The position numbers were made by a program, and so were the translations under genes. The notes below the pieces were generated by a model. It was not told the DNA's origin, did not search any database, and worked only from the letters and a program-made list of their open reading frames with translations. From contig DAIJ01000016.1 of NCBI GenBank assembly GCA_002498725.1, positions 6,349-70,348 on the forward strand: DNA of 64,000 bases, in the 5' to 3' direction. This document shows positions 49,401-57,777 of this stretch, one piece after another. The stretch comes from Euryarchaeota archaeon UBA23 (GTDB lineage Archaea > Thermoplasmatota > Poseidoniia > Poseidoniales > Thalassarchaeaceae). The number at the start of each line of letters is the position of its first letter. Position 1 is the first letter of the stretch.

Positions 49401-49492
49401 GTTACATGAATAAGTGTGAAAATAAATGGAATACTAATCCAAAGGACCCTACAAGTTTCCCAAGTCAGGGTGAATTGTGCAATGATGATTGA
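46451..49492 (+). CDS. Secreted/anchored Ca-binding DxDxDG (thrombospondin type-3-like) repeat protein with an inserted biotinyl/lipoyl-like domain
   Basis: N-terminal TM/signal. Roughly 20 D-[TS]-D-x-D-G-[LM]-x-D-x-x-E-type repeats. Insert VHSISVEIGD.V...VKAPTAGWIYSINVEIGQEV. Confidence 0.85.
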   Translation: MWKMALSHNQYAVAAIAATLCLAGFYTIIDAGLSTTESGGFDSAGGDVIITDSEDQYAGEDYDGDGLPNRMEQTLYGTDWRKNDTDNDGLEDGWEIQNGLDPLDSGEPDIGEVQNENPGQEEETGEQNETFPDPDNGPFGDPDRDGLTNQEEALIGTNPTVQDSDGDGLNDRWESLYTETIQTAQGPVVLLDPLNPNWDCPLLTAQVEAEMKQIIGMNTWNNLPVGPSGHHSCDSVLDIDRQGPDSLPNFLEELYDTNPLDEDSDGDLIPDRVEVAFGSLELQVHCGVPQFGTIRMDAPYTTLMSGSGDLTWFNQDMDGDGRLNGPGDWDTDGDGMPDGFEYCYNSLLDPANSTDAYGDGDEDGLNNVEEYEVAYTWGPVNFTSPLNPDTDGDGMPDGWEYNSGIHPNDGSNAEEDPDFDGYDADGDGAVRYTDLVGVTTVHSISVEIGDFVQVNRTVLWVRTVQESQYVNLPVKAPTAGWIYSINVEIGQEVQSRLQDLIIIVEDHERFTNLDEYNARDRDGDGIVDGRSTDPLEPDTDNDGLIDGIEVIGWTIRIVDMGVRDVLVRSDPGVYDTDRDGLSDSVEYYETFTNTTDRDTDSDGLEDFTESYDGFTWNGTVYFTNASMFDTDNDGLNDGEEVTDGEDQYITHANNADTDDDGLNDGGEVLNIPRPWQTATNPLDNDTDDDGQPDGWEMQVFSVQQNTNSHSLWITTQNWLPLGCDDMQECGLGPGGWVWNSYLNGFQTSGDRNGDGTLDPKYFIYEMNLTGFSIPGNGRWALDPSFGSQPDSNFDIDNDTLINALEAPDRWDTNPVDDDTDGDLLADGWEVAASERAISAGLVDNNSLNALGARGPMDPRMPDSDLDGIDDGSEDFDQDGLNRTHLLNRYCPGWDDPQVAECHIDPTTERGSMFYNDLENYTNYEEFQNRTDPVLEDTDGDGWNDGSEVYHQDHDDDGMWSGWEFYFDFDPFDPADAFVDSDGDGYMNKCENKWNTNPKDPTSFPSQGELCNDD

Positions 49493-49539
49493 CACTTTTT
49501 CCTCACACATACTGATTTGTATTATTACTTGGTGATGAA

Positions 49540-50013
49540 ATGTCATGGTGGATAATGCCAACTACAGCAGATATTGGCTTCCGAGCATTTTCAGATAGTC
49601 CTGAAGGCGTTCTTAGAGAATCATCTATTGCTCTTCAAGAAATTCAATTATCTGAGAAAGGCCTTGAATTCCTAGATGGTCACATTAGGAATGTATCTGA
49701 ATGGAGTATTAGTATGCCTGAAAATGACATAGAAAGAGGGCTTGTGCGTTGGTTAGAAGAAATCATCTACCAAGGTTCTGTTGAGGGTCGATGGTTAGTT
49801 GAAATGGAGTCAATAATAGGTGAAAATACAATCCGCTCACAGGTTATATGGGTTGATTCACAAGATGTAGAATTAGAAATAGAAGTCAAAGCAGTAACTA
49901 TGCATGATCTAATGGTTCGAGAAGTTAAGCCTGATGAATCAGTACTAGGAGATGAAGGCATTCCAACATTTGAAGGGCCAGGGTGGATGGCACAAGTTGT
50001 ACTTGATGTTTAG
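49540..50013 (+). CDS. Archease
   Basis: TTADIG.RA, L..WL.E..Y, EVKAVT.H.L, W.A.V.LDV C-terminus. Confidence 0.88.
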   Translation: MSWWIMPTTADIGFRAFSDSPEGVLRESSIALQEIQLSEKGLEFLDGHIRNVSEWSISMPENDIERGLVRWLEEIIYQGSVEGRWLVEMESIIGENTIRSQVIWVDSQDVELEIEVKAVTMHDLMVREVKPDESVLGDEGIPTFEGPGWMAQVVLDV

Positions 50014-50016
50014 AAA

Positions 50017-50751
50017 TTAAATACTCCCAGTACCCTTAGCAATGTAGAAAAAACCACTAACTACAATCCCTACCATTACTCCTCTGTTTATGAATTCTGA
50101 TTTTAGTTTCTTTAGCCATTTTTTCCCTACTTTAACCCCAATTATAGCCGACAAAACTAGAATTATTGTGATTTGTGTATGTTCAATAATTTCATCATTT
50201 CGAAATATCAAATAAACTGGTATGCGAGATAAATCAACACATAGAGCTAGAATACTTGCTGTTGCAGCATATGCCATTTTATCTTGAAGTCTACGTGTAA
50301 GAAACATAGCCCTTAGCGCACCTTGGTGTCCAGATAGACCCCCCATGAATCCTGATCCAAACCCACCTACTCTATCATTGGCTTCTGGTATACTATATCC
50401 GGTCCATTTTTCAGAAAGTGTTAGTATTGGTAGAATCACAAGAAATATTCCAATTAATATTAGAAGCGGTTCTTGAGTAACCTGATTTTGTAGAACGGCT
50501 CCTAGTATAGATCCAATAACCAGATAAATCCCATAATGTCTGAAAGCATTTAAATCGATACAATCCCACATTGAATAACACTTAACAGCATTATGAGCGC
50601 CATGTACTATGGCAATTACAGCTACAGCCTCATGTGGTGGCATCAATAGTAATACCAAGGGGGTCAACATCGTGGAAAGTCCAAACCCTGCTGGAACAGT
50701 TAGAGCCGCGGCGAAGAATGCACATATGGCAACAATTGCCAGAGTTTCCAT
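50017..50751 (-). CDS. TauE/SafE (TSUP) family membrane transporter
   Basis: GFG....P, G..SGF.GGLSG.QG..R. About eight TM segments. Confidence 0.85.
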   Translation of the reverse strand: METLAIVAICAFFAAALTVPAGFGLSTMLTPLVLLLMPPHEAVAVIAIVHGAHNAVKCYSMWDCIDLNAFRHYGIYLVIGSILGAVLQNQVTQEPLLILIGIFLVILPILTLSEKWTGYSIPEANDRVGGFGSGFMGGLSGHQGALRAMFLTRRLQDKMAYAATASILALCVDLSRIPVYLIFRNDEIIEHTQITIILVLSAIIGVKVGKKWLKKLKSEFINRGVMVGIVVSGFFYIAKGTGSI

Positions 50752-50783
50752 GACCTAAAGCGAAGGAGGTTGGCCATTGAAAT

Positions 50784-51836
50784 TTACTCTTCAACATTGA
50801 ATCTCTGATAGACTTCATTAGTAGTCTGTGTTACTCTGATAAAAGTAGTACATTTTGGTAAATCTTTAATCCTTCTAGCACCAACATATGAGCAAGCGGA
50901 GCGTACTCCTCCTAGGATGGATTGTACAGTGATTTCTAAAGGGCCTCTATATGGTACTCGTACTTCCTTCCCTTCTGGTGCTCGATGTTTTGCGACCTCT
51001 CCGTAGTGTGTCTCCATAGCCTTAGAACTAGACATACCGTAGAATGATTTGTACATCTTCCCATTTTCCATTTTCACCACTTCGCCCCCAGATTCATCAT
51101 GACCCGCAAACATCCCTCCTAACATTACAAAATCAGCACCTGCAGCAAATGCCTTAGCAACATCACCAGGGCTAGAACATCCTCCATCTGCCATTACATG
51201 ACCTCCAAGTCCATGTGCGGCATCAGCACATTCAGCTATTGCTGATAGTTGCGGATATCCAACTCCAGCAACTTTACGAGTAGTACAAACTGAGCCGGGT
51301 CCAATACCTACTTTGACAACATCAGCCCCAGCTAGTATTAGCGCTTCAGTCATTTCTCTTGTTGCTACATTGCCTGCAATTACTATAGCTTCTGTAAATT
51401 TATTCCTAACTCTTTTTACAAATTCAAGGAATACTTCACGGTAACCATTGGCCACATCTATACAGATCATTTTCAGTCCGGAATTTGTACCCATTTTACG
51501 CTTTAACAATTCAAATGAATCATCAGTAGATCCACATGTAACAGCTATGAATTCAGGATTCACTCCTTCATCCCAAGCCATTGAATACTCTTTTGTGGAA
51601 TAGAATTTCTGTGTACAAGTAATCATAGAATGTTTTTGTAATTCGGTCGCTATACTGAATAAACCAGTTGTGTCCATGTTAGCAGCAACAATTGGTACTC
51701 CGGACCACGTAGTTTTGGAGTGTCTAAATGTGAAATCTCTTACTAGAGTCACATCCGACCTAGAAACCAGCGTACTGCGCTTAGGTCTAATCAATACATC
51801 ATCAAAAGTAAGCTTCACATCTTGCTCTACGCGCAT
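50784..51836 (-). CDS. guaC: GMP reductase (type 1)
   Basis: [71 protein letters not shown]. Confidence 0.93.
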   Translation of the reverse strand: MRVEQDVKLTFDDVLIRPKRSTLVSRSDVTLVRDFTFRHSKTTWSGVPIVAANMDTTGLFSIATELQKHSMITCTQKFYSTKEYSMAWDEGVNPEFIAVTCGSTDDSFELLKRKMGTNSGLKMICIDVANGYREVFLEFVKRVRNKFTEAIVIAGNVATREMTEALILAGADVVKVGIGPGSVCTTRKVAGVGYPQLSAIAECADAAHGLGGHVMADGGCSSPGDVAKAFAAGADFVMLGGMFAGHDESGGEVVKMENGKMYKSFYGMSSSKAMETHYGEVAKHRAPEGKEVRVPYRGPLEITVQSILGGVRSACSYVGARRIKDLPKCTTFIRVTQTTNEVYQRFNVEE

Positions 51837-51886
51837 CTGAACCTTACTACTCCAACGAAGGTGTGTTTAAGACGCTTATTACAGAA

Positions 51887-54121
51887 TCAAGAGTCCTCTG
51901 AATTCATAATTATTGGCCCAGGATTATTCCAATGATACCATAATTCTCGACCATGATCCGCTGTAACTCCTTGGAGGAATAGTTTCTCACCAATACTGAT
52001 ATAGTGCAAAGGCCAACTACTATTATTACCCGGATTTATATCAATAGCAATTCTTGTCCCTTCATTTGTACCATCGCTTCTCCATACTTCGACACCATAA
52101 GTTCCACCGTCATCGGCAGAGAAGAAAAGTTCACCTTGGTGTACAATAACTATATCTCCTGACCAGAAACCTGTGTCCCAATAGAAACTACTATTGTTTC
52201 CCGGATTTATGTCCTTAACCATGTAGGTTCCCGAATAAGTCCCATCACTTCTCCATAACTCCCGACCATTTTGCCCATCATCTGCCATAAAGTAGAGAAT
52301 GTCATCCATCATTGTAAGCTCATTTGGTGAACTAGATCCATTAGTGAAGATATCTTTAATCATATATGTGCCTGATTCAGTACTATCTGTTATCCACAAT
52401 TCACGGCCATTTTGCCCATCATCTGCTGTAAAGATAAGTTTCTGTCCAAATTTAATCAAATTCTTCGGTTCACTTGAATTGCCTTCTCCTGGCCATATGT
52501 CTTTTACTAATCGAGTTGAAAACGCATCACCTTGACTAAAAAATAATTCTTGACCAGTAGAGCCGTTATCGGCTGATAAATAAGCGCCATTACTACCTGA
52601 TGTAAGGTACATTGGATTACTTCCCTCAACTCCCTCATTGATATCTTTGATTAAGAATAATCCTCCAGATAATGCGGATAATCCATATCGATATAATTCA
52701 CGTCCATAATTATCAGTTTCAGCAGTAAACCATAGAGTGTTGCCTTTCATAATCAAATCTCTGGGTGCAGATCCTTGAAAATCCCCGCAGCAGTATTCCG
52801 TTCCTTCGTATACCCAAGTTTCATCTTCAGGAACTAGATTGACAATCATGATAGTTCCCTGTCGAGTACCATCACTTATCCATAACTCCTCACCCCATGG
52901 AGGATGACTTCTATCTTCTTGACCACCAAATACTTCCATATTTGAGTAAATAACTCTATCTGGGATAAATCCATTAGATGGAATGACAATTAGTTGACTC
53001 GCTCCCGCCCAGCCTTCTCTCCAACCATTTTCTCCACCATAACTTGCCCCCCAATTATCCCATTGATCAATCTGATATGTACCTGCGGCAGTACCATCGC
53101 TGACAATTAGACATGCGCATGATTCTGTACCGGGTTCTCCATCAAAACCTGTGAGGAATAGTTTCTCATTCCCGGCTACTATTTCAGGATAATGACATCC
53201 AAAAATACCTCCCCAGCACTTGACCTCAAGACTGCCTCCGTTTTCACAAGTTACGGTACTTTCTCCTGTTTCAGGATCCGTACCTGAAGTACACTCTTCT
53301 TCTCGTAAATCTTTGACCATATATGTTCCATCAATGGTCCCATCGCTTCTCCATAATTCCCATCCATGAATTCCATCATCTCCTGCGAAATATAGAATTC
53401 CTCCCATTTCAGCAAAGAGAGATGGCCCCCATCCTCCTGAGTTGTTCTGGAATTCCAGAACCATGCCATTATCGCCGGGGCATTCACCTATCCTAGATTC
53501 AACCTCGTCACTTTGCAGAATTCCATCATTAGGCAACCCATTTCCACTACCGTCATCATAACCAATGACCATCTCTAATCCTGGATTATCTTGTGGGCAT
53601 GAATTAATTCGGTCTCTAATAGAATATGTTAGACTGTTTAATGTGCTTTGTAAAGCGTTATTTGTTGCTTGTAAATTGGAAATTTGTTGGTTTTTTTGTT
53701 GCATATCTTGGTTAATATCAGATATCTGTGCATCCGCATCAGAGATCTGCTGATTCAATTCAGATATTTGATTTTGATAACTATTGATTAATTCATCATC
53801 TTGGGTATTGTTTAGTTGTTCCATCACGTTTGTTAGGACATTACTCAAATTTGCTCTATGCCATTCAGTATTGTTCAGTTCTAATAAAAGAGAAATTATT
53901 TCATTCTCAGCAATTTCTAACGCATTCTGGGTCTGAGTAAGTGTGCTTTCTAAACTTGCAGCGTTTGCAACAGCGTCATCTTTTTCGGAAGTGAGATTTG
54001 TCAATTCAGATTGTAAAGAAGCAATCTGTTCATCTTTTGCATCATCAGAACTACTCCCACTACATCCTGCTAATATTGAAGCCAACATTAAGATGACTAG
54101 CAAGGCGGCTTTTCCTCTCAT
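51887..54121 (-). CDS. Lipoprotein with coiled-coil stalk and ELWxxDGT-repeat beta-propeller
   Basis: Lipobox ILAGC. About 135-aa coiled coil. Repeats G.ELWRSDGT..GT.MVKDI. Confidence 0.9.
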   Translation of the reverse strand: MRGKAALLVILMLASILAGCSGSSSDDAKDEQIASLQSELTNLTSEKDDAVANAASLESTLTQTQNALEIAENEIISLLLELNNTEWHRANLSNVLTNVMEQLNNTQDDELINSYQNQISELNQQISDADAQISDINQDMQQKNQQISNLQATNNALQSTLNSLTYSIRDRINSCPQDNPGLEMVIGYDDGSGNGLPNDGILQSDEVESRIGECPGDNGMVLEFQNNSGGWGPSLFAEMGGILYFAGDDGIHGWELWRSDGTIDGTYMVKDLREEECTSGTDPETGESTVTCENGGSLEVKCWGGIFGCHYPEIVAGNEKLFLTGFDGEPGTESCACLIVSDGTAAGTYQIDQWDNWGASYGGENGWREGWAGASQLIVIPSNGFIPDRVIYSNMEVFGGQEDRSHPPWGEELWISDGTRQGTIMIVNLVPEDETWVYEGTEYCCGDFQGSAPRDLIMKGNTLWFTAETDNYGRELYRYGLSALSGGLFLIKDINEGVEGSNPMYLTSGSNGAYLSADNGSTGQELFFSQGDAFSTRLVKDIWPGEGNSSEPKNLIKFGQKLIFTADDGQNGRELWITDSTESGTYMIKDIFTNGSSSPNELTMMDDILYFMADDGQNGRELWRSDGTYSGTYMVKDINPGNNSSFYWDTGFWSGDIVIVHQGELFFSADDGGTYGVEVWRSDGTNEGTRIAIDINPGNNSSWPLHYISIGEKLFLQGVTADHGRELWYHWNNPGPIIMNSEDS

Positions 54122-54192
54122 GTTGGTTCTTCACATATTCGGCTATTAAGCAGTTCTCTACTAATAACTGAATATGGATCCATAGAAGATAA

Positions 54193-54270
54193 TGGTGCTC
54201 GTGCCGGGATTTGAACCCGGGTCGACGGATCGAGAACCCGTCATGATGGACCGAACTACACTACACGAGC
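54193..54270 (-). tRNA. tRNA-Glu(CTC)
   Basis: Reverse complement GCTCGTG...ACGGG-TTCTCGA-TCCGT...GGTTCAAATCC..CACGAGC-A-CCA. Confidence 0.93.
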
Positions 54271-54367
54271 GTGTTGGCCTAGCGACTGAGCAACTCTATT
54301 TGAAAGGATGGATATCTGCATATTCTTTACTTTCACTTTCACTTTGGGGTCTGTTACTGTTCTTGAT

Positions 54368-54667
54368 ATGCTAATTGACATACAGCAGTTCATGAACCAA
54401 AGCCCAAACAGTGAACAACGCCTATTTTACAGAAAGAGAGCGGACCCCTTCAGAATTGTTAGTCTGAATGCCCTAAAAAAGACAACATCAGGGAATAAAT
54501 TGGAAAATAATAGCCCTCTTGTAAATTCAAAGAGAAAGTTAGCAGATGATGGAATGTGGCAACCATTAGCTAGGCCAAACATTTCTGTTAAAATCAGTAA
54601 TAATTCATGGTCGGGACTACATTCTAGATTTATATCATCAAGAGAAATGCATTTGGGGGTGGCATGA
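54368..54667 (+). CDS. Hypothetical protein
   Basis: ORF abutting the next gene (TGA-ATG). The start is uncertain (54308 or 54368). Confidence 0.5.
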   Translation: MLIDIQQFMNQSPNSEQRLFYRKRADPFRIVSLNALKKTTSGNKLENNSPLVNSKRKLADDGMWQPLARPNISVKISNNSWSGLHSRFISSREMHLGVA

Positions 54668-54922
54668 ATGTCCAGAACAAGAAGACTTCGTGAAGCCGTT
54701 GTTACAATGCTTGAAGAGAAGGGCACAGCAAACACAGTTGAAGTGTTTGATTTCCTCAATAATAGATTTCGTTGGGGTGCTACTATGAATCAAGTAGGGA
54801 ATATATTAGCCAAGGATATCAGATTCTCTAAGGTTGGTCATCAGCGTGGTGAATTCCGAGGTAGTGTGTACACTGTTTGTGTATGGGGGCTATCTGAGGA
54901 AAGAATAGCCGTAGTAGTATAA
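54668..54922 (+). CDS. Small winged-helix-like protein (DUF3860-like)
   Basis: R.R.....L...G...T.E....LN.....G.TMNQ.GN.LAKD.RF.KVG...VCVW pattern. Confidence 0.7.
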   Translation: MSRTRRLREAVVTMLEEKGTANTVEVFDFLNNRFRWGATMNQVGNILAKDIRFSKVGHQRGEFRGSVYTVCVWGLSEERIAVVV

Positions 54923-54963
54923 TCGTGGTAACCATCAAGACCATACCTTCTACACATCGTAAC

Positions 54964-55857
54964 ATGGGACGCATCGCAGATTGGTTGCAATTCTTCCGTT
55001 GGGGCAATTGTCTGAATGGATTGATTGGTGTTTTCCTTGGTGCAATAATGGTTATTGAAGGAATTCCTTCAGGAAAAGAATTGCAAATAACAACTCTTCT
55101 AGCAATTTCAGTATCTTCGTTTATGGGTTCGTGGAATGGTCTCAATGATTATGTTGATATTGAAATAGATAAGATAAATCGCCCTAATCGACCTCTTCCT
55201 TCTGGTAGGATATCAATTTCTTCTGCAAGAAGTCTGATTACAATATTGATGTTTACATCATTTGCTAGTTTACTATCAGCTGCCAATATAGCACAAACAA
55301 TGACTTCAGATTTCACTACTTGGTATCCTACAATAGCGATTTGGTTTTTTGCTATTTTCTTATTAGTTAATTACGAATCAACATCTTCTTTTTCTATGAC
55401 TTTGAAGGACAGGGGTTTACCAGGAAATATTGCAATTTCTCTTTCTGTTGGATTAGTAATTCTCTATGGTGCAGCAGGTGTTTTCGATGTGACAAATCCA
55501 AAGGTTATTTCCTTATTCTTTGTGGGTTTCCTATTTAATACAGCACGTGAAATTATCAAAGATGTGGAAGATATGTTGGGAGATGAAGGAAGATATACTT
55601 TGGCTATGAGGGTCGGCCCAGATAAGGCGAGATTGACTGCTTGGGTTTTACTTTTGTTAACTATGATCTCTCTAATTTTACCATTTTCTTTGGGTATTTT
55701 TGAAACTAAGCAAATTATTTTAATTGGGCCTGCATTATTTGTTTTAATGGGTGTGAAAAAGCATATTGCTCTTGCTGAAGATACCGCTGCATCACGTCAA
55801 ATAAAAATTTCAATGACACTTGCAATTCTAGGTTTAATTGTAACTGCTTTCATATAA
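54964..55857 (+). CDS. UbiA-family prenyltransferase, probable digeranylgeranylglyceryl-phosphate (DGGGP) synthase
   Basis: NDYVDIEIDKINRPNRPLPSG, LK..GL.GN, AREIIKDVED..GD. Multi-TM. Confidence 0.88.
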   Translation: MGRIADWLQFFRWGNCLNGLIGVFLGAIMVIEGIPSGKELQITTLLAISVSSFMGSWNGLNDYVDIEIDKINRPNRPLPSGRISISSARSLITILMFTSFASLLSAANIAQTMTSDFTTWYPTIAIWFFAIFLLVNYESTSSFSMTLKDRGLPGNIAISLSVGLVILYGAAGVFDVTNPKVISLFFVGFLFNTAREIIKDVEDMLGDEGRYTLAMRVGPDKARLTAWVLLLLTMISLILPFSLGIFETKQIILIGPALFVLMGVKKHIALAEDTAASRQIKISMTLAILGLIVTAFI

Positions 55858-55868
55858 TTAATTCTTAG

Positions 55869-56822
55869 TTACTTGAGTTCATGGAAACTAAGCCAAGCAT
55901 CATGATTGCACATGTATGTAAGTAGTGACATCTGTGCCCACATTCTATTTTCTGCTTGATCAAGAACTATACTGTTTGGAGAATCAATTACTCCATCAGT
56001 AACTTCTTCACCTCTATGAGCAGGTAGACAGTGCATGAAGATATAATCTGGCTGCGCGTGTGCAACTAATTCCTCATTTACTTGAAAGCCTTCAAATGCA
56101 GAAAATTTGTCTTCGATATGTTCTTCTCCCATTGAGACAAATATATCCGTATATATCACTCCAGCATTTCTAACTGCTTCTACTGGATCATTTGTTCCAG
56201 TTATTTTACATCCATTACGTTGAGCTATTTCTTTTGCTCGATCAATTACTTCTTCATCTGGTTCCATTCCAGCAGGAGTTGCATATTTCACATCGTGACC
56301 CATTGTTACAGCAGCAAGTAATAAGTCATGTAATACATTGTTTCCATCTCCTACCCATGCGATATGGCCATGCATATTACCTCTTTCAGTAATTGCCATT
56401 AAATCAGCAGCGGCTTGACAGGGATGATGTAAATCAGAAAGTGCATTAATGACAGGTACTGTTGCAGTACGTGCCAATTCAACTACGTCAGAGTGACCAA
56501 AGCAGCGATACGTAATTCCATCTAGAAATCTTGAAAGAACTGCCGCGGTATCTCCAATCGATTCCGACTTTCCTAATTGTATATCGTTCTTTAACAATGT
56601 CAATGGTTGCCCTCCTAGTTTCTTAACTCCAACCTCAAAAGAAACCCTAGTCCTAGTAGACGGTTTTTCATATATTGATCCAATAGCCATACCATCTAAT
56701 GGCAGGAATTCTCCATGTAATTCGGTATCATTTTTGAATCGTATTGCCCAATCTATGATTTTAGGTAAATCTTCTGCAAAATCATCAATTGCAAGTAGAT
56801 CTTTCTTCTTAGTTTCTTTCAT
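55869..56822 (-). CDS. argF: Ornithine carbamoyltransferase
   Basis: EKPSTRTRVSFE, HPCQ, VGDGNNV, YTD..VSMG, FMHCLPAHRGEEV, QAENR. The ATG at 56822 overlaps the GTPase stop region. Confidence 0.95.
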   Translation of the reverse strand: MKETKKKDLLAIDDFAEDLPKIIDWAIRFKNDTELHGEFLPLDGMAIGSIYEKPSTRTRVSFEVGVKKLGGQPLTLLKNDIQLGKSESIGDTAAVLSRFLDGITYRCFGHSDVVELARTATVPVINALSDLHHPCQAAADLMAITERGNMHGHIAWVGDGNNVLHDLLLAAVTMGHDVKYATPAGMEPDEEVIDRAKEIAQRNGCKITGTNDPVEAVRNAGVIYTDIFVSMGEEHIEDKFSAFEGFQVNEELVAHAQPDYIFMHCLPAHRGEEVTDGVIDSPNSIVLDQAENRMWAQMSLLTYMCNHDAWLSFHELK

Positions 56823-57669
56823 ATTCAATGTCTCCTGAGAAACCATCTCTGGTGTCTGCCATTCCACCAAAGATAGTTTGAGCAAATGTCAATAAATCTG
56901 CAAGCCCCTCTTCTTCTTCACTTGATAGAGGGATTAATCCAGGTTGAATTGCAGCATGCTGCATCATTCTTAACTGGCCAATTGCAAATTCAGCTCTAGA
57001 AGTCCCTTTTGATATATCCATAGTTTCTGCTGCCGATTCCTCATAAAGTGCCGCTTCCAAAATATCGAGATTTTCACCCCAATCTAAAATCTTTTGAAGT
57101 ATTTCTGGTTCCAACAAATCTGCTTTTGATAGGAAATTAGCGGTGGGTAAACCGAGTCTGAAATGAACTATTGAAGAAAGTAGCATTTGTGATACAAATC
57201 CACTTGGTGTTTGAGAAAGCATAGGGTCGAATAAGAAGGCTAGACACGCTCTTCCTTGACCTAACACCTCAACAAGGTGGCTACTTGCTTCTCTAAAAGC
57301 AAATAGTTCTACTTGTCCGGGTGTATCAATTACAAGTAAATCTCCAGATAATCCTTCTATCTCATCGTAAACATCCAATGCTTGAGATGCAACTAAGTCT
57401 GCCGCCAATATTTGTGCGCCGTTAGGTCCTAGGTCATATTCATCCATAACATCAGAAAGGGACACTAGATCTCTAACATCAAATTCCGGATCATAATGTA
57501 CCCTTTCAGCACCTGGGTCAAGATTTATTGTTAGTACATCTATCTGAAGAAATCTTGCCCATCGTTGAAAAGCAGTGACCAAGGAACTCTTTCCTGCACC
57601 AGCAGTACCTACCACAAATACAACTGGGGGGGTTGTACCATCTTGATTACTCACACTACTGCCTAACAT
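56809..57669 (-). CDS. GPN-loop GTPase
   Basis: GTAGAGKS, NLDPG, LGPNGA, DTPGQVELF, SKADL. Confidence 0.92.
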   Translation of the reverse strand: MLGSSVSNQDGTTPPVVFVVGTAGAGKSSLVTAFQRWARFLQIDVLTINLDPGAERVHYDPEFDVRDLVSLSDVMDEYDLGPNGAQILAADLVASQALDVYDEIEGLSGDLLVIDTPGQVELFAFREASSHLVEVLGQGRACLAFLFDPMLSQTPSGFVSQMLLSSIVHFRLGLPTANFLSKADLLEPEILQKILDWGENLDILEAALYEESAAETMDISKGTSRAEFAIGQLRMMQHAAIQPGLIPLSSEEEEGLADLLTFAQTIFGGMADTRDGFSGDIEYERN

Positions 57670-57777
57670 CGAGACTTATTCAACAATTCGTTTGCTCATC
57701 CAGTAAAATAGGATTGTAGCCGAGCAATGGTTAAACCAACAGAATGTACGTCAATAATTACATTCGAGGCTCTCGCC

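Noticed and set aside
54192-54374. 60-aa ORF MVLVPGFEPGSTD...
   Set aside because: It is the antisense shadow of tRNA-Glu.
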